This document shows positions 38,037-51,984 of a DNA stretch of 64,000 nucleotides, piece by piece. The stretch is taken from assembly GCF_036321535.1 (NCBI RefSeq), contig NC_087437.1:4278001-4342000 (forward strand), in the 5' to 3' direction. Under the pieces are notes generated by a model that was not told the DNA's origin, did not search any database, and saw only the letters and a list, made by a program, of their open reading frames with translations. The DNA comes from Camelus dromedarius (Eukaryota). Both the position numbers and the translations under genes were made by a program. Position 1 is the first letter of the stretch. Every line of letters begins with the position of its first letter.

Positions 38037-41000
38037 GAAGAGATCAAGATGGCGGACTAGGAGGACGCTGGGCTCACCTCTCCTCACAAACACATCAAAA
38101 CTACAACTACATAGAGAGAGACTCGATGAAACCGACCTGGGAACTAGCAAGATGGCTCTTCCACAACCAAGGCCATAAAGAAAGATCCACAGGGAGTCTG
38201 GTAGGAAGGGAGAAGTGATCCGGTTGACCTGCACCCCTACTGGGGTACCCAGAAGAGATGCGGTATCACAGACTCAGCAACCCTCCCTGGGAAGAGAAGT
38301 GTTCTAGTCACATATTAGGTATCCAAGGTTTGGGGTTCAACAACTGGAAAACAAGCTCCCTTAACTGGTTTGAAAACCAATGGGGCTTAACTGCAGGGCT
38401 GTAGGAAACTGAGCTCTGCTCTCGAAAAGCACATGCACAGACTTGCCTGCTCCCAGTCACAGCACGGAGGCAGAAGATTGAAAACCGCCTGGGTCTCTGA
38501 CTGGCTTGCCACGACCACCCAGCATGCTTCCCCAGCCCATACCAGGCTCCGGCTCCAGCCCCTCTTGGTGCTGCTCCCCACTAAGGCAGAGGCAGGCATT
38601 GCCAACAAGAGTGTGCACACTTGGAGGGAATGGAGCCGGCTCAGAGTCCTGGACCTGCCTCTGACCAGGTGGAGGTAGCCACCACCAGTGCACATGCAAC
38701 AGTGCCCACACTCAAGTGGGAGTGAAACTAGCTCCAGTGCAGAAACTGCCATCACCTGCCTACATGTTCCTGAGCACACTTAGGAGACAGCAAAACCAGC
38801 TCAGTAGTGTGGCACCAACACCGCCAGCCCCAACCCAATCTCTAACCAAGGAACAAACACCAGTAAAATAGTGAAACCAGCTCCGAAGTGCATCCCCAAG
38901 TCCTCAGGTCCCAGCTACACCCCCAAACAAGGCTGAGACTGCCATCAAACCCAGGTGAAACCCAGCTCCCTCAGGGCTCCTACTCTAGGTCCCCAGGCCT
39001 GACCCTGCCCCCAATACAGCAGTGACAGTCATTGAGAATAGGAGATGCCCCAGATTACACCTGGCTCTGGCTCTTGCCCCTCCAACCTAGCCCTACCACC
39101 CACCAAGGTGGTGGCCGCCAGCACATCCTGGAGAATAAAAGCCCGTGCTCACTTCAGATCCAGCTCCCCACCAAGGCCACTGGGCACATTCAGACTATAT
39201 AGGAATGCTCCCACACAAGGACATGCCTTCAAAACCAGGATAAGTGACTGTTTCACCTAAACTCATGAAGACAGAAAAAGTTAAACAAAATGAGAAAGCA
39301 GAGGAATATGTTTTCAATGAAAGAACAGGGGGAAAAACTTGAAAAAAAAAAAAGCCCTAATGAAATAGAGATAAATAATTTACCTAATAAAGAGTTCAAG
39401 GCAACAGTAATAAGATTGTAACTGAATCTGCAAAAAGAATAGATGAACATAGTGAGAATTTTAAGAAGTAGAAAATATAAAAAAGAACCAGTCACAGCTG
39501 AAGAATACAATAACTGAAATGAAAAATACATTAGAGGGAATTAACAGCAGATTAGGAGTCACAGAAGAATGCATAAGTTATCTGGAAGATAGAAAAATGG
39601 AAGTGATCTAGTCAGATCACCAAAAAGAAAAACAAATTTTAAAAAATGAGAATAGTTTAAGGGAGATTCTACATATGATGAAAGTATGGCTGCAAATTTC
39701 TTGAACCTGAATAAGGAAACAGATATCCAAGTCCAGGAAGCATACAGAGTCCAAAATAAGTTGAACCCAAAGAGAGCCACACCAAGATATATAATAATTA
39801 ACATGGCAAAAGATAATGTCAAAGGCAGCAAAAGGAAAACAAATAGTTACAAAGAAACCCCCATAAGGCTATTAGCTGACTTTCAGCAGAAAGTTTGCAA
39901 GCCAGAAGGGAGTGGCATGATATATCTGAAGTTCTGAAAGGAAAAAAACCTACAAATTCTGATATTCAGCCCAGCAAACTCATCATTTAGAATTCAAGAA
40001 GAGATAGAGTTTCTCAGACAAGCAAGAAATAAAAGTTTATCAATATTAAACCAATCTTACAAGAAGTGTTAGTGTCTTCTTTAAGAGAAAAAGAAAAACC
40101 TGCAAGACATAAGAAATCATAGGAAGGGAAAATCCAATTGGTAAAGGCAAATATATTGTAAAGGCTGTGGATCGCAAACTTATATAATTTAGTCCAAAGG
40201 TTAAAGACAAAAGTTATAAAATAAACTATAACTACAATAAACAGTTAAGGCATAGACATGAAAATGTAAAATATAACATCAAAAACACAAAAAGCTTGAG
40301 AGGGGAGTAAAAAACACAGAGCTTTTAGAATGTTTGAAATTAAATGACTATCAGTTTAAAACAAGTAGATATAGTTATTGGTCAACATACATGAACCCCC
40401 ATGGTAACCACAAATCAAAAACCTACAATAGACATACAAAAACTAGACAGACAGAAACACAAACAAATCACTAAAGAAAATCATCAAACCATAAGGGAAG
40501 AGACTAAAAGAAGAAGAAAATAATAGAGAAGGATTACAAAACCAACCAGGAAACAAGTAATAAATTGGCAGTGAGTACATACCTATCAATAATTACTTTA
40601 AATGTAAATGGACTAAATGCTCCAATCAAAAGGCATAGGGTGACTGAATGGATTAAAAAAAAAAAAAAAAAGCCAGGATCCATCTAGAGACTCAGTTCAG
40701 AGCTAAAGATACACACAGACTAAAAGTGAGGGGATGGAAAAAAGATATCCCATGCAAATGTAAATAAAAGGAAAGCTGAGGTAGCAACACTCATATCATA
40801 CAAAGTGGACTTTAAAACAAAGCCTGCAACAAAAGACAAATAAGGGCATTAAATAATAATAAAAGGATCAATACTAGAATAGGATATAATGTTCATAAAT
40901 ACTGAATACGTAAAGCAGATATTAACAGACATATTACAATGATACACATAGCAGTGTAGTACATATTAGTATATGTGTATATACATGTAGTGTTAGTATA

Positions 41001-43135
41001 ATATAGTATAGTATTAGTTTGGTGTAGTATTAGTTTGGTGTAGTATAGTAGCAATAATAATTTAACCAGGGGTCTTTAACTGCCACCCCTCCCCAACACT
41101 TACATCAATGGACAGATCATCCAAACAGAAAAGCAATAAATAAGTAGTAGTCTTAAAAGACACATTAGACTAGTTGGACTTAATAGACATCTTCAGGACA
41201 TTTCATCCAAAACTAGAATATACATTCTTTTCAAATGCACATGAAACATTCTCTGGGATAGATCACATACTAGGCCACAAAACAAGTCTTAACAAATTTA
41301 AGAGGGTAGAAATTAGATCAAGCATTTTTCTCACCACAATGGTATGAAACTAGAAATTAATTATAGGAAGAAAAATGAGGAAAACACAAAAAAGTAGAGA
41401 CTAAACAATATGCCACTAAAAAAGAAAAAAGTTCAATGAAGAAAACAAAAAGGAAATCAGAAAATACCTTAAGACAAACAAAAGTAAAAACACAACGTTC
41501 CAAAATCTGTAGGCTGTTGCAAAGCTGTTCTAAGCAGGAACTTCACAGCAATATAGGCCTACCTCAAAACAAACAAATAAACAAACCAACCTCAAACAAC
41601 TTAATCTACCATCTAAAGATATTAGAAAAAGAAGAATAAAGCCCAAAGTCAACAAAAGGAAGGAAATAATAAAGATCAGAGCATAAATAAATAAAATAGA
41701 GATAGAAAAGATCAATGAAACCAAAAGCCGGTTTTGAAAAGATAAACAAAGTTGATAAGCCTGTAGCCAGCCTCACTAAGAAAAAAACAGAGAGGACCCC
41801 CATAAAATGAAATAAGAAATGAAAGAGGAAAAATTACAACCAATATCACAGAAATAAACAAACAATTATAAGAGAACACTATGAACAGTTATATGGCAAC
41901 AACTAGGACAAACTAGAAGAAACAGATAAATTCCTAGAAACATACAGTTCTTCAAGACTGAATCAGGAAGAAACAGATCATCTGAGCAGACCAATTGCTA
42001 GTATTGAAATTCAGTCAATAATTTTTTAAAAACTTCCAACAAATGAAAATCTAGAACTGGACTTCACAGGAGAATTTTACCACAGATTTAAAGAACAGTT
42101 AATTCCTGTCCTTCTCAAACTATTCCCAAAAAATGAAGAGAAGGGAACACACCCAAATTCATTCTATGAGGCCACAACCAGACAAAATCACTACAAAAAA
42201 AGAGAAAATTACAGGCTAATATCTCTGATGGATATAGATGCAAAATTCTCAACAAAATAGTAGCAAACCTAATTCAACAATATATACAAAGGACCTTACA
42301 TCATGGTCAAGTGGGATTTATTCCAGGGATGCAAGGACGGTTCAGTGCCCACAAATCAATCAATGTGATACACCACACTAACAAAATGAATGAGGAAAAT
42401 GACAAAAAACATCCCAATACATGCAGAAAAAGCATTTGACAAAATTGAACACCATTCGTGATAAAAATTCTCAGTGAAGTTTGTACAGAGGGAACACATC
42501 TCAACATAATAAAGGTCATTTGTGACAAACCCACAGCTAACACCACGCTTAATGGTGAAAAACTGAAAGTTTTTCCTCTAAAATAAGGAATAAGACAAGG
42601 AAGACCACTCTTATCATTTCTATTTAATATAGTATTGGAAAGCCTAGCCATAGTTTTAAGACAAGAGATAAAAGGCATCCAAATTGGGAAGTAGTAAAGT
42701 GTCACTATTTGCAGTGACATGATAATGTATATAGAAAACCCTAAAGTCTCCACCAAAAAACAAGTAGAAATAATAAGGGAATTCAGGAAAGTTGCAGAAT
42801 GAAATTGATATACAGAAATCTGTTGCTTTTTTATAGACTCGTAATAAACTATCAGAAAGAGAAAGCATGAAAACAATTGCATTAAAAAGAATTAAATACC
42901 TAGGAATAAACTTAACCAAAGAGGTGAAAGACTTATACTCTGGAAACTGTAAGACATTGATGAAAGAAATTGAAGACAATACAAACAAATGAAAGGCAGC
43001 CCACGTTTATGAATTGGAAGAGTTAATATTGTTAAAATGTGTATACAGCCTAAAGTAATCTACAGGTGTAGTGCAATCCCCATCGAAAATCCATGACATT
43101 TTTCACAGAACTAGAACAAATAACCCTAAATTTGT
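38037..43135 (+). mobile_element. L1 with its 5' end, decayed ORF1 (~39290-40100), long spacer and ORF2 (~40565-43135); 3'-truncated
   Basis: 5' motif gatcaagatggcggactaggaggacg; ORF1 peptides (FLNLNKETDIQVQEAYRV); endonuclease start (ITLNVNGLNAPIKRHRVTEWI); RT motifs. Confidence 0.93.
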
Positions 43136-43149
43136 ATTATAAGGGGTCA

Positions 43150-45500
43150 AGGCAATAGTGATCTCTTCAAAGAACCAGATCTTAATTTTGTTAAATTTTC
43201 TCTACTCTGTTTCCTTTCAATGATTTATTCTCTCTTCTTTACAACGTCCTTCTTTCCACCTACTTTGTGTTTTATTTCCTCTTTCTTCCTAGCTTCTTAA
43301 GGGAGGATCTTAGTCCTTGATGTTAAATCTTTCTTCTTTTCTAATATAAGCATATAAACCTGTAGATTCCTTCAGAGAAGAAAGGCTGAGGGCTCCAGGA
43401 GAGATGTAAAGAGATAAAAGCCGACAGAAAAACTGTGTCTGAATAGATTGAGAGGAGAGTTACAGTCCTCATAGCATTTGGCAATGAAATAGCAATATGT
43501 ATACAACTGGCTATCAGACAAAGCAAGGAATAGAAGAAGGTGACTATTACTCCCAAAGAAGTTGCATGAAATGTACAACACATCACCCTGCTGGGAATAA
43601 TATTTGCATGATCATAATAATATAAACATCGAACATTGATCTCATTTATATAAATATAATTATTTGGAGGATTCAGAGAAGGGAAACAGCTGATTAAGAA
43701 AACCTGTAGAAGAAATTCAGTGGAGAATATTTAAACTCAAAAGTCAAGAAAGATTTGTGCAAGAGTATTAAATGAAAAAGAAAGAGTTAGATGTGATTGT
43801 CTTTGGAGAGCTTGAATTGAGGAGGTAAGGGGCAAGAAATTTCTATCTTCTGTAGTTACCTGAGTGTAACCGATTGACTTCTTAATCTATGTGCCAGTAA
43901 AATATTATTAAGAATGAAGTTAAATGTTAAGCAGAGGAAGAAATAAACACTGTGTGGCAGATTTCCAATTCCATTAATATTATGTGCTATGTATATTGGG
44001 AATGGGGGAAGAACCTCTCACTTTAAAGCAACTAGAAATGTTGGTGAAATGCACTAACCTTTTAATTCTATGCCTGAGTTTAAAGAAAGTGAGAGGAACC
44101 CCCCACCCCCACAGCCGAGGCAAAGCCAAAAAGAAACTGGAAAGCATCACGGCATGATTTGTCAATTACAGAAACCAAGGGACTTTAATGACCCCTTGGG
44201 GACAGGACAAGGTGTTGGGTCTATACAAGGACTTGGAATGAGACCCCCACAAAAATCCAAGATTCTCGAAGAGAGACCCTCTTGGTGAACGAGGGTATTA
44301 GAAAAGAACAGCTCTTTCCAGAAAAAAAGAGGAGATGACACGGAACTCAGCTGCCTTGGCCTGGGCCCTGAGTGGAAAGAAGAAATGTTCCACCAGAGAA
44401 TTTATAGGCAAAGGCCTAATCTCACACAGGACAGGGGTTCAAACATCCTGTGAATGATAGGGTCCCCAAGTTAAGAAATTATCACTAAAAGTGGTCTTGG
44501 ATTAAAAACAACCCTGGGATTCCTGGCAAAAGCCAACACAAATCCTCTCTGGAAAGACATATACTGAACCCACAATTTCTGATGGATAAAACTCTGCCTA
44601 ACACAAGTTAGAAAACAAAGCATAAAGGAACAAGAAAAGAAACAGATAACAAGCCACCATGAACAGGAATCTTCAGAGTCAGCACATATTAAAATTAGAG
44701 TCTCAAAACCTCAGTTGGTGGAATGACCAGATACAAATAAAATATTAAGTATACTTGAAATTATTAATGAGTTAAAACAAAGAATGACAAATATGATAGG
44801 GACAAGGCAACTATCGCAAATGATAAAGCAGATTTGAAAAATACGTGTGTAGTACCTCTGTATCTGGATGCCAATTAAATTTAAAACTCGATGAAGGAGT
44901 TCTACTTTCAATGATACTAACTTAGATCATCACTCCCACTTGGATTGAAAACATTGTTTTCTGCAATTTAACAATTATTAAAACTGTCTCAAGAAGAAAT
45001 AGAAAAAAAATGAATTAAAACCATGAATTGAGAAAGTTTCCAAAGAAATTCTCTTTACATTCTCCCAGAGAAACAAAACAACAAACGATTTCAGATATTT
45101 TAATTAGCGTTTTTCACTAAAAACAAAATACAAAGAGTTGATACTATTTCACCCAGAGAAAGAAAATAAGCTTACAAATTGCTTTTTAAGAAGCCTCAAA
45201 TCTTGACAATGATACAAAAGGGAAAAAGCCATGATCTGATACTATTCAACATTAAATAATACTTAAATAAAATTGTAAATAGATTAAGGCATTGGATTCA
45301 AAGAATGCACCACGACCCAATGCCATTTTTAAGAATTATTTAATAATAGAAAATTCAAATGAAACAACTTTTTTTAATAGGTCAAAGAAGAAAATCCATT
45401 TAATGACTGCAATAAGATATAGGTTAATAAAAAATAAGGCAAAAATAAATAAAAGCTTCTGAAATTCAGAGCCCTTCATAAAAACAGATGCTCAAATGCA
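43150..45500. mobile_element. Mosaic of ancient L1M fragments
   Basis: Degenerate L1-like segments in both orientations. Confidence 0.5.
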
Positions 45501-45707
45501 AAGACAATAAACATTGCGAAGAGTTCTTTTTTCAGTTAGACAGAAGTTAAGCATAATAGAAAAAAATTTAAGTGTATGTTAATGTGTATTTTGTGATTTG
45601 AGGGATGAGTTATAAAGTGGAGGAAAAGGTTAAGAGTATTCATGAGAATGCAAAACTGTAAAACTCAAGAACAAAAATTCTCACGAACCCAGTTCTGGAA
45701 GTTGGCA

Positions 45708-46220
45708 CTGTGGCAGTTTGTTGAAAACTACATTTCCCAGAAGTCTCTTTGCTGTATGATTACAGGTTCCATTTGGACAGAAGAGGGATTTGTGTGAGGT
45801 TCAGAAGTTTGAACGTGAAGGTCTCTGCAGGCTGCCATGAATAAATGTAGTGACAAGGTGAGCAGAGAGAACACAGCCTACCCTTGCACCCTCTGCTTCA
45901 TTTCCAGCTCTTCTCAGCTGATGATCTGTGGACCAACAGCAGCCCCAGGCTGGACACCAGCTGCTTGAAGGAAGACTGGCAGAGGTGGTGGCCACACAGA
46001 GTCAGGGCTCCCATGGACCTCCCCACATGCTTCCTCTCCATAGTCTGACATCAGTGCCTAGGCAGGCTTGCCCTCTCAGGTTGCTGACTCCTCAGTTTCT
46101 CCAGCTTCCTCCAGGATCCTCACTTCCCACATCCTGCACAATCGTATAGAGTTTTGAGTCCTCTGCTGAATCCTACCCCAAACTCACCGTGGTTCTCCTT
46201 CCCTGATGGAACTCTGAATG
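45708..46220 (+). mobile_element. Old ERVL/MaLR-type LTR
   Basis: tgtggcag start; aaactacatttcccaga motif common in LTR33/LTR16/MLT1-type elements. Confidence 0.5.
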
Positions 46221-46274
46221 TCTCACCAGCCAACAGTCATCTGGACACGAAAACTACCAAAAGTTTTTCTCAGA

Positions 46275-46855
46275 CAGGCGGGGAACCCTCCTACACTATT
46301 GGTGAGATTGTAGTTTGGTGCGGTCATTATGGAATACAGTATGGAGATTCCTCAAAAAACTAAAAATAGACTTACCATATGATCCAGCAATCCCACTCCT
46401 GGGCATATATCCAGAGGGAACTCGAATTCAAAAAGATACATGCACCCCAATGTTCATAGCAGCACTATTTACAATAGCCAAGACACAGAAGCAACTTAAA
46501 TGTACATTGACAGATGACTGGATAAAGAAGATGTGGTACACACACACACACACACACACACTGGAATACTACTCAGCCATAAGAATAAAACAATGCCATC
46601 TGCAGCAACAAGGATGGACCTACAGAAGGTCATTCTAAGTGAAGTAAGCCAGAAAGAGAAAGAAAAATACTGTATGGTATCACTCATATGTGCAATCTAA
46701 AAAAAAAAAAGAAGAGGACACTAATGAACTCATCTACAAAACAGAAACAGACTCACAGACATAGTAAACAATCATAGGGTTACCAGGGGAAAGAGGGTGG
46801 GAAGGGATAAATTAGGGAGTTTGAGCTTGTAAATGTTAGCTACTACATATAAACA
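46275..46855 (+). mobile_element. L1 ORF2-end/3'UTR fragment with (CA)n
   Basis: ORF 46315-46638 ([28 protein letters not shown]). Confidence 0.9.
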
Positions 46856-47267
46856 TGTAGTACATGACAATCCTTAAAACTTAAACCTCATAAAAAATTT
46901 CCCAATCATGTGGTATTCATTAACTCCCAACTATGAAATTTGAAGAAATTAGTGCACTTAAAAAGTTTCCCTCTAACCATCTTCCAAATTGCCTCCAAAT
47001 ATTTATTTGCATTTTAATCTAAGATCACATTTGATGTTGGCATTCTGTTCTATGTCTTCATACCTACATTTGTCTAGTGTTAATTGTATATTTTAAAAGA
47101 ATCAGCAGCCTCTGTTTATCCTTTCAACTCATGATTCTTTACCATGAGTCCTTTTTAAAATTTTTTTCCCTTAGTTGCATGCGTCTTTTAATCACTTTTC
47201 AAAGGCTTATCTTCATAAAAGCTTATAAATGCTTTATATCTTGAGTCTTTGCCTGTTTGAGAAAAAC

Positions 47268-47790
47268 TTTTTTTTTTAATTGAAGTACAGTCAGTTACAA
47301 TGTGTCAGTTTCTGATGTACAGCACAATGTCCCAGTCATGCAGATACATATGTGCATTTACATATTCTTTTTCATTAAAGGTTATTACAGGCTATTGAAT
47401 ATATAGTTCTCTGTGCTATACAGAAGAAATTTGTTTTTTATCTATTTTTATATATCGTGGTTATCAAAAAATAATTTTAAACAAACAAACAAAAACAAAG
47501 AGTAAATACAGGACAGAAATAGACTCACAGACAGAGAAGACAGACTTGTGGTTACCGGGGGGTGGAGGCTGGGAAGGGATAGACTGGGATTTCAAAATTG
47601 TAGAATAGATAAACAAGATTACACTGTATAGCACAGGGAAATATACACAAAATGTTATGATAACTCACAGAGAAAAAAATGTGACAATGAGTGTGTATAT
47701 GTCCATGAATGACTGAAAAATTGTACCGAACACTGGATTTTGACATAACATTGTAAAATGATTATAATTCAACAAAAAATGTTAAAAAAA
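47268..47790. mobile_element. Two short L1 3' ends: minus (47268-47460) and plus (47482-47790)
   Basis: Young 3'UTR matches; the plus copy is flanked by TSD aaaaaataattttaaa. Confidence 0.85.
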
Positions 47791-48442
47791 TAATTTTAAA
47801 AAGGGGGGACGGCTGATCAATAAAACCAGAGTCTGATTCTTTGAAAAGAATAATAAACTGGACAAAAATTTTGTCATTCTGATAACAATGACAAGAGGAA
47901 GACCATAGAGATAAATCCTGGAGTTGAGAGAGTGAGGCTACACACAGGAATGAGGTTAGAAATTAAAGATTACTGTGAATGGCTTCATGCAATAATCATT
48001 AACATATCTGACCAATTAGAATCTCCGTCTCACATTCCATCTTGACGCAATGAGAAGCTTATGTGGGGAGAGTAAAAGAGAACTGGTTATTTTTAGATTC
48101 TAAATAAATAAATAAACAAACATTAACCAAAAATAGAGACTACATAGGAATGTAAACTGCCAAAACAATCTAAGTAGAGGAAAACCTTAATAAACCAGTA
48201 ATATTAAAATAAACTGCTTACTGTACAGGAAACTTACCATAATAAAAGGTGTCAAAAAATAAAATAAAATAAAATAAAACTGCATTAAGTTCTCAAAGAT
48301 GTACCCCTGAAACAGCCACCACACCCAGAGAGTATTATGAATGAATGGAATTAATCATTAGAAAATTCCTATGTCAATTGTTCAAGAGCGTAGAAAGTTA
48401 CAGAAACTATCTAATTTATTCTACAGTATTAACATGACACTG

Positions 48443-48575
48443 TTTTTTGTTTCTTCAGTTTGGGGGGGGTTGGGGAAGAGGTAATTAGGTTTATTAACTT
48501 TATTTTAATGCAGGTACTGGGGATTGAACCCAGGATCTCGTGCACGCTCTACCACTGAGCTATGCCCTCCCCTCC
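48443..48575 (-). mobile_element. Vic-type SINE
   Basis: ggggattgaacccagg...ctctaccactgagctat; TSD catgacactg on both sides. Confidence 0.87.
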
Positions 48576-49514
48576 ATGACACTGATTTTAAAAAAAGAAA
48601 GTTGAGAGGAAGGAAGGGAAGAGGGAAAGAGAAGGAGGGCTGGAGGGACAATACGGAAAGAGGTGACGCAAAGCAAGGAAAGGAAACAGCTATGGGCCAT
48701 TTTCATTCATAAATGTTAAGTTTTGCTGTATAAGGCAGTTCATTTACTGACAGGTCAGATGCCTTTCTCTGGACTCTGGAGGGTGGGTCTAAAGCAGCCC
48801 ATCCTAGCGTCTGTGAGCCCTGCCCTTAAGCTGTGGCTGCTCTGAGTTCTCAGCTGGTGCCTTTGTCCAGGGAGTCTCTCCAGCCCACCCCCCACCCCCC
48901 ACCGGTTAGAACTCCAATGCTTTGTGACTTGAGAAAATTCCATGTAGCACACAAACCCACAGTGAGCCTTCTGCTTCGGTCCTCACGGCTGTGTCAGCCC
49001 AGATTAACATTCAGCCAAAGGCTCGAGAGATTGCTAGAGACTTCAGGAGAGACCCTTCTCTGTACCGCATCCTTCTGTTTCTCGGGTGCACACCAGAGCC
49101 ACATCAGCAGCTCACTGGTCTCCGGGATCCGCTTTCTCCTGCTACAGTTTGGAAAAGCCTCCAATGCAGACAGCTGGAGCTAATGTGCAGGTCGCCGGGT
49201 GTTTTCCATTCCCTTGAGGATTACAGCCGTGCATACTGTTTAATGCTGGAAAACGCTTGCTGCATATGTTTTGGCCAGTTTTATGGCTGTTTACAGAAAG
49301 AAGACAGTACAATATCTGTCACTCCATCATGATCAGAAACCATGTGGATGCATGAGAAGGCCATGTGCCATTTTCAAATTTAATGGTAGTGCAGTGGAGA
49401 ATATTCTTAGGATTCCTACACTTCTGTTTTATCTATACTTACGTCTCCAGTTTTATTTTTGTGACAGATTGTTTTTCAAAACTGACCAAAGCCATATTTT
49501 CAGCTTCAGATGCT

Positions 49515-49770
49515 CTTCATTTGACACTCCCATCAAGTGCTAATGAATCTGGACAGGACTTTGTGACTGCCTTGATAAACAGGATGCAGTGTGGCTTCCA
49601 AGGATAGAGCAAGACATCTTCTAGTGGAGCCCTAGACACTGTGGTGCAGAGCCAGGCTCTCATGGTACCCAGTCCATATTCCCATCCACAGAATCTGTGA
49701 GCATAATAAACAGCTTTCACACTCCGAGATTTAGGGATCATTTATTACTCAGTCACAGTAACTGGAAAAA
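49515..49770 (+). mobile_element. MaLR (MLT1-like) LTR fragment
   Basis: ttcccatccacagaatctgtgagcataataaacag...gatcatttattactcag...taactgga. Confidence 0.55.
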
Positions 49771-50114
49771 CTTCTGAATATTCCTTAATTGTACACGTTT
49801 TAGAAAAATTCTCTTGGTTTATATCTTTGAACACTTTTTCAATCATGGTGGAGAAATTCTTGAAATACTCTTTCCTTTTCCTGACTCAAAAAACCACATG
49901 GTGACTCACATAACTCTGGTCAGTCCCCTTGAGGCTTAGTTAATTCGTGCCAGGTGGTTTGAGTTTTCTTTTATGGTTTTCCTTAGAAAAGTATATTCTC
50001 ACGTAATTTGGAGTAGGGGTGGGGGAAGACCCATGAGCGAACAACATGCTTTTCTCCTCTCCTGCTACCTAGGTACGTAGTTACAGTTAAAAGGATGCTT
50101 ATATTTTCATTGCT

Positions 50115-51330
50115 TAAAGACTTAAATATAAGATAGGACACCATAAATCCAGACGAGAACATAGGCAAAACACTCCCTGACATAAATCGTAGCAATGTTT
50201 TCCAAGAGCAGTCTGCCAAGTCAATAGAAACAAAAGCAAAAATAAATAATTGGGACCTAATCAAACTTATAAGCCTTTGTACAGAACAGGAAACCATAAA
50301 CAAAATAAAAAGACAACCTGCAGACTGGGAAAAAATATTTGCAAATGATGCAGCTGGCAAGGAATTAATTTCCAAAATATACAAACAGCTCATACAATTC
50401 AAGAACAAAAAATGAAAGGACCCAATCAAAAATGGGTAGAAGACCTAAGTAGGCATTTCTCCAAAGAAGACACACAGATGGCCAGCAGGCACATGAAAAG
50501 ATGTTCAATATCACAAATTATCAGAGAAATGCAAATCAAAACTACAATGAGGTATCAACTCACACCAGTCAGAATGGCCGTCATTAAAGTCTACAAATAA
50601 TAAATGCTAGAGAGCGTGTGGAGAAAAGGGAACCCTCCTACACTACTGGTGGAAATATGAATTGGTGCAGTCACTATGGAAAACTGTAGGGAGAGTCCTT
50701 AAAAACCTAAAAATAGAGTTACCATATGATCCAACAATCCCACTCCTGGCCATATATCCAGAGAAAATTCTAATTCAAAAAGATACATGCACCCCAATGT
50801 TCATAGCAGCACTATTTATAGTAGCCAAAGCATAGAAACAACCTAAATGTTCATCAACAGATGACTGGATAAAGATGGGGTACATTTATACAATGGAATA
50901 CTACCCAGCCATAAAAAAGAATGAAATAATGCCATTTGCAGCAATATGGATGGGCCTAGAAATGATCACGCTAAGTGAAGTAAGCCAAAAAGAGAGAGAA
51001 AAATATCACATGGTGCCACGTATATGTGGAATCTAAATAAATGACACAAATGAACTTATTTACAAAATAGAAACAGACTAACAGACATAGAAAACAAACT
51101 TATCAAAGGGGAAAGGGAGTGGGAAGGGATAAATTGGGAGTTTGGGATTAGCAGATACAAACTACTAGATAAAAAACTGATAAACAACAAAGTCCTACTG
51201 TATAGCACAGGGAACTATATTCTTGTAATAACATATAATGAAAAAGAATACATATATGTGAATGAATGAATCACTATGCTGTTCACCAGAAACTAACACA
51301 TGGTCAATCAACTATACTTCAATTTTAAAA
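50115..51330 (+). mobile_element. 5'-truncated L1
   Basis: ORF2 C-terminus and 3'UTR; degenerate TSD aaaagg(g)at(gc/cc)(t/c)tatatttt. Confidence 0.9.
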
Positions 51331-51984
51331 AGGGATCCCTATATTTTATTAAGATATGCTGATAATATTTCAAGATAAAAGCTACCCTCTTATATGTATC
51401 ACCTGAAGAGTAGAAATTTGGAGAAGCGGTCACCAAGGTAGTATGAGGGGTACTAACTACCAAGGTAGTAAGACTCAAATGAGACTCTAATTTTGATTAT
51501 TCAGAGTCAGGGTGTCAAAGAAGAGGTTTCCTAGTAGTAGATTTTAGATGACACCATCAGAAGAAGGGGCCTGGGAGGGAGGAAGTCCACAGTGCTCTGT
51601 GGCGTGTGTCCCATTTTCACAAAACAAAAGGATCCTTACTTTCCGGTGATTTTACAGGGAAGATATGACCAAAGAACTCTTGGGATGATGGTTTAAGATG
51701 TTGAGAAATTGGTCTGAAGAACTATAACTGATCCACAGAGAGAAACAGAAGTAAGGACAGAAATTTGGAGTTTAGTCAGTGTTTGAGACTTTGGTTCCAG
51801 AAACCCAGCTGTATTCACTCCTTCCAAGGGACACAGGAGAAAATGACTTCGTATTATTGCCGTAAGTAATCGTTTTGAGTTTCACTTTTGTTTCTTATAT
51901 CCAAGAGAGGCTTGACTAAGCACCAGTGACAAGGGACTCGTCTACACTTGAACTAGAGATTTTTTAAAGAAGGAGTTTTGAGTC

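Noticed and set aside
38037..43135. Potentially active full-length L1
   Set aside because: ORF1 and ORF2 have many stops, frameshifts and deletions, and the 3' end is missing.
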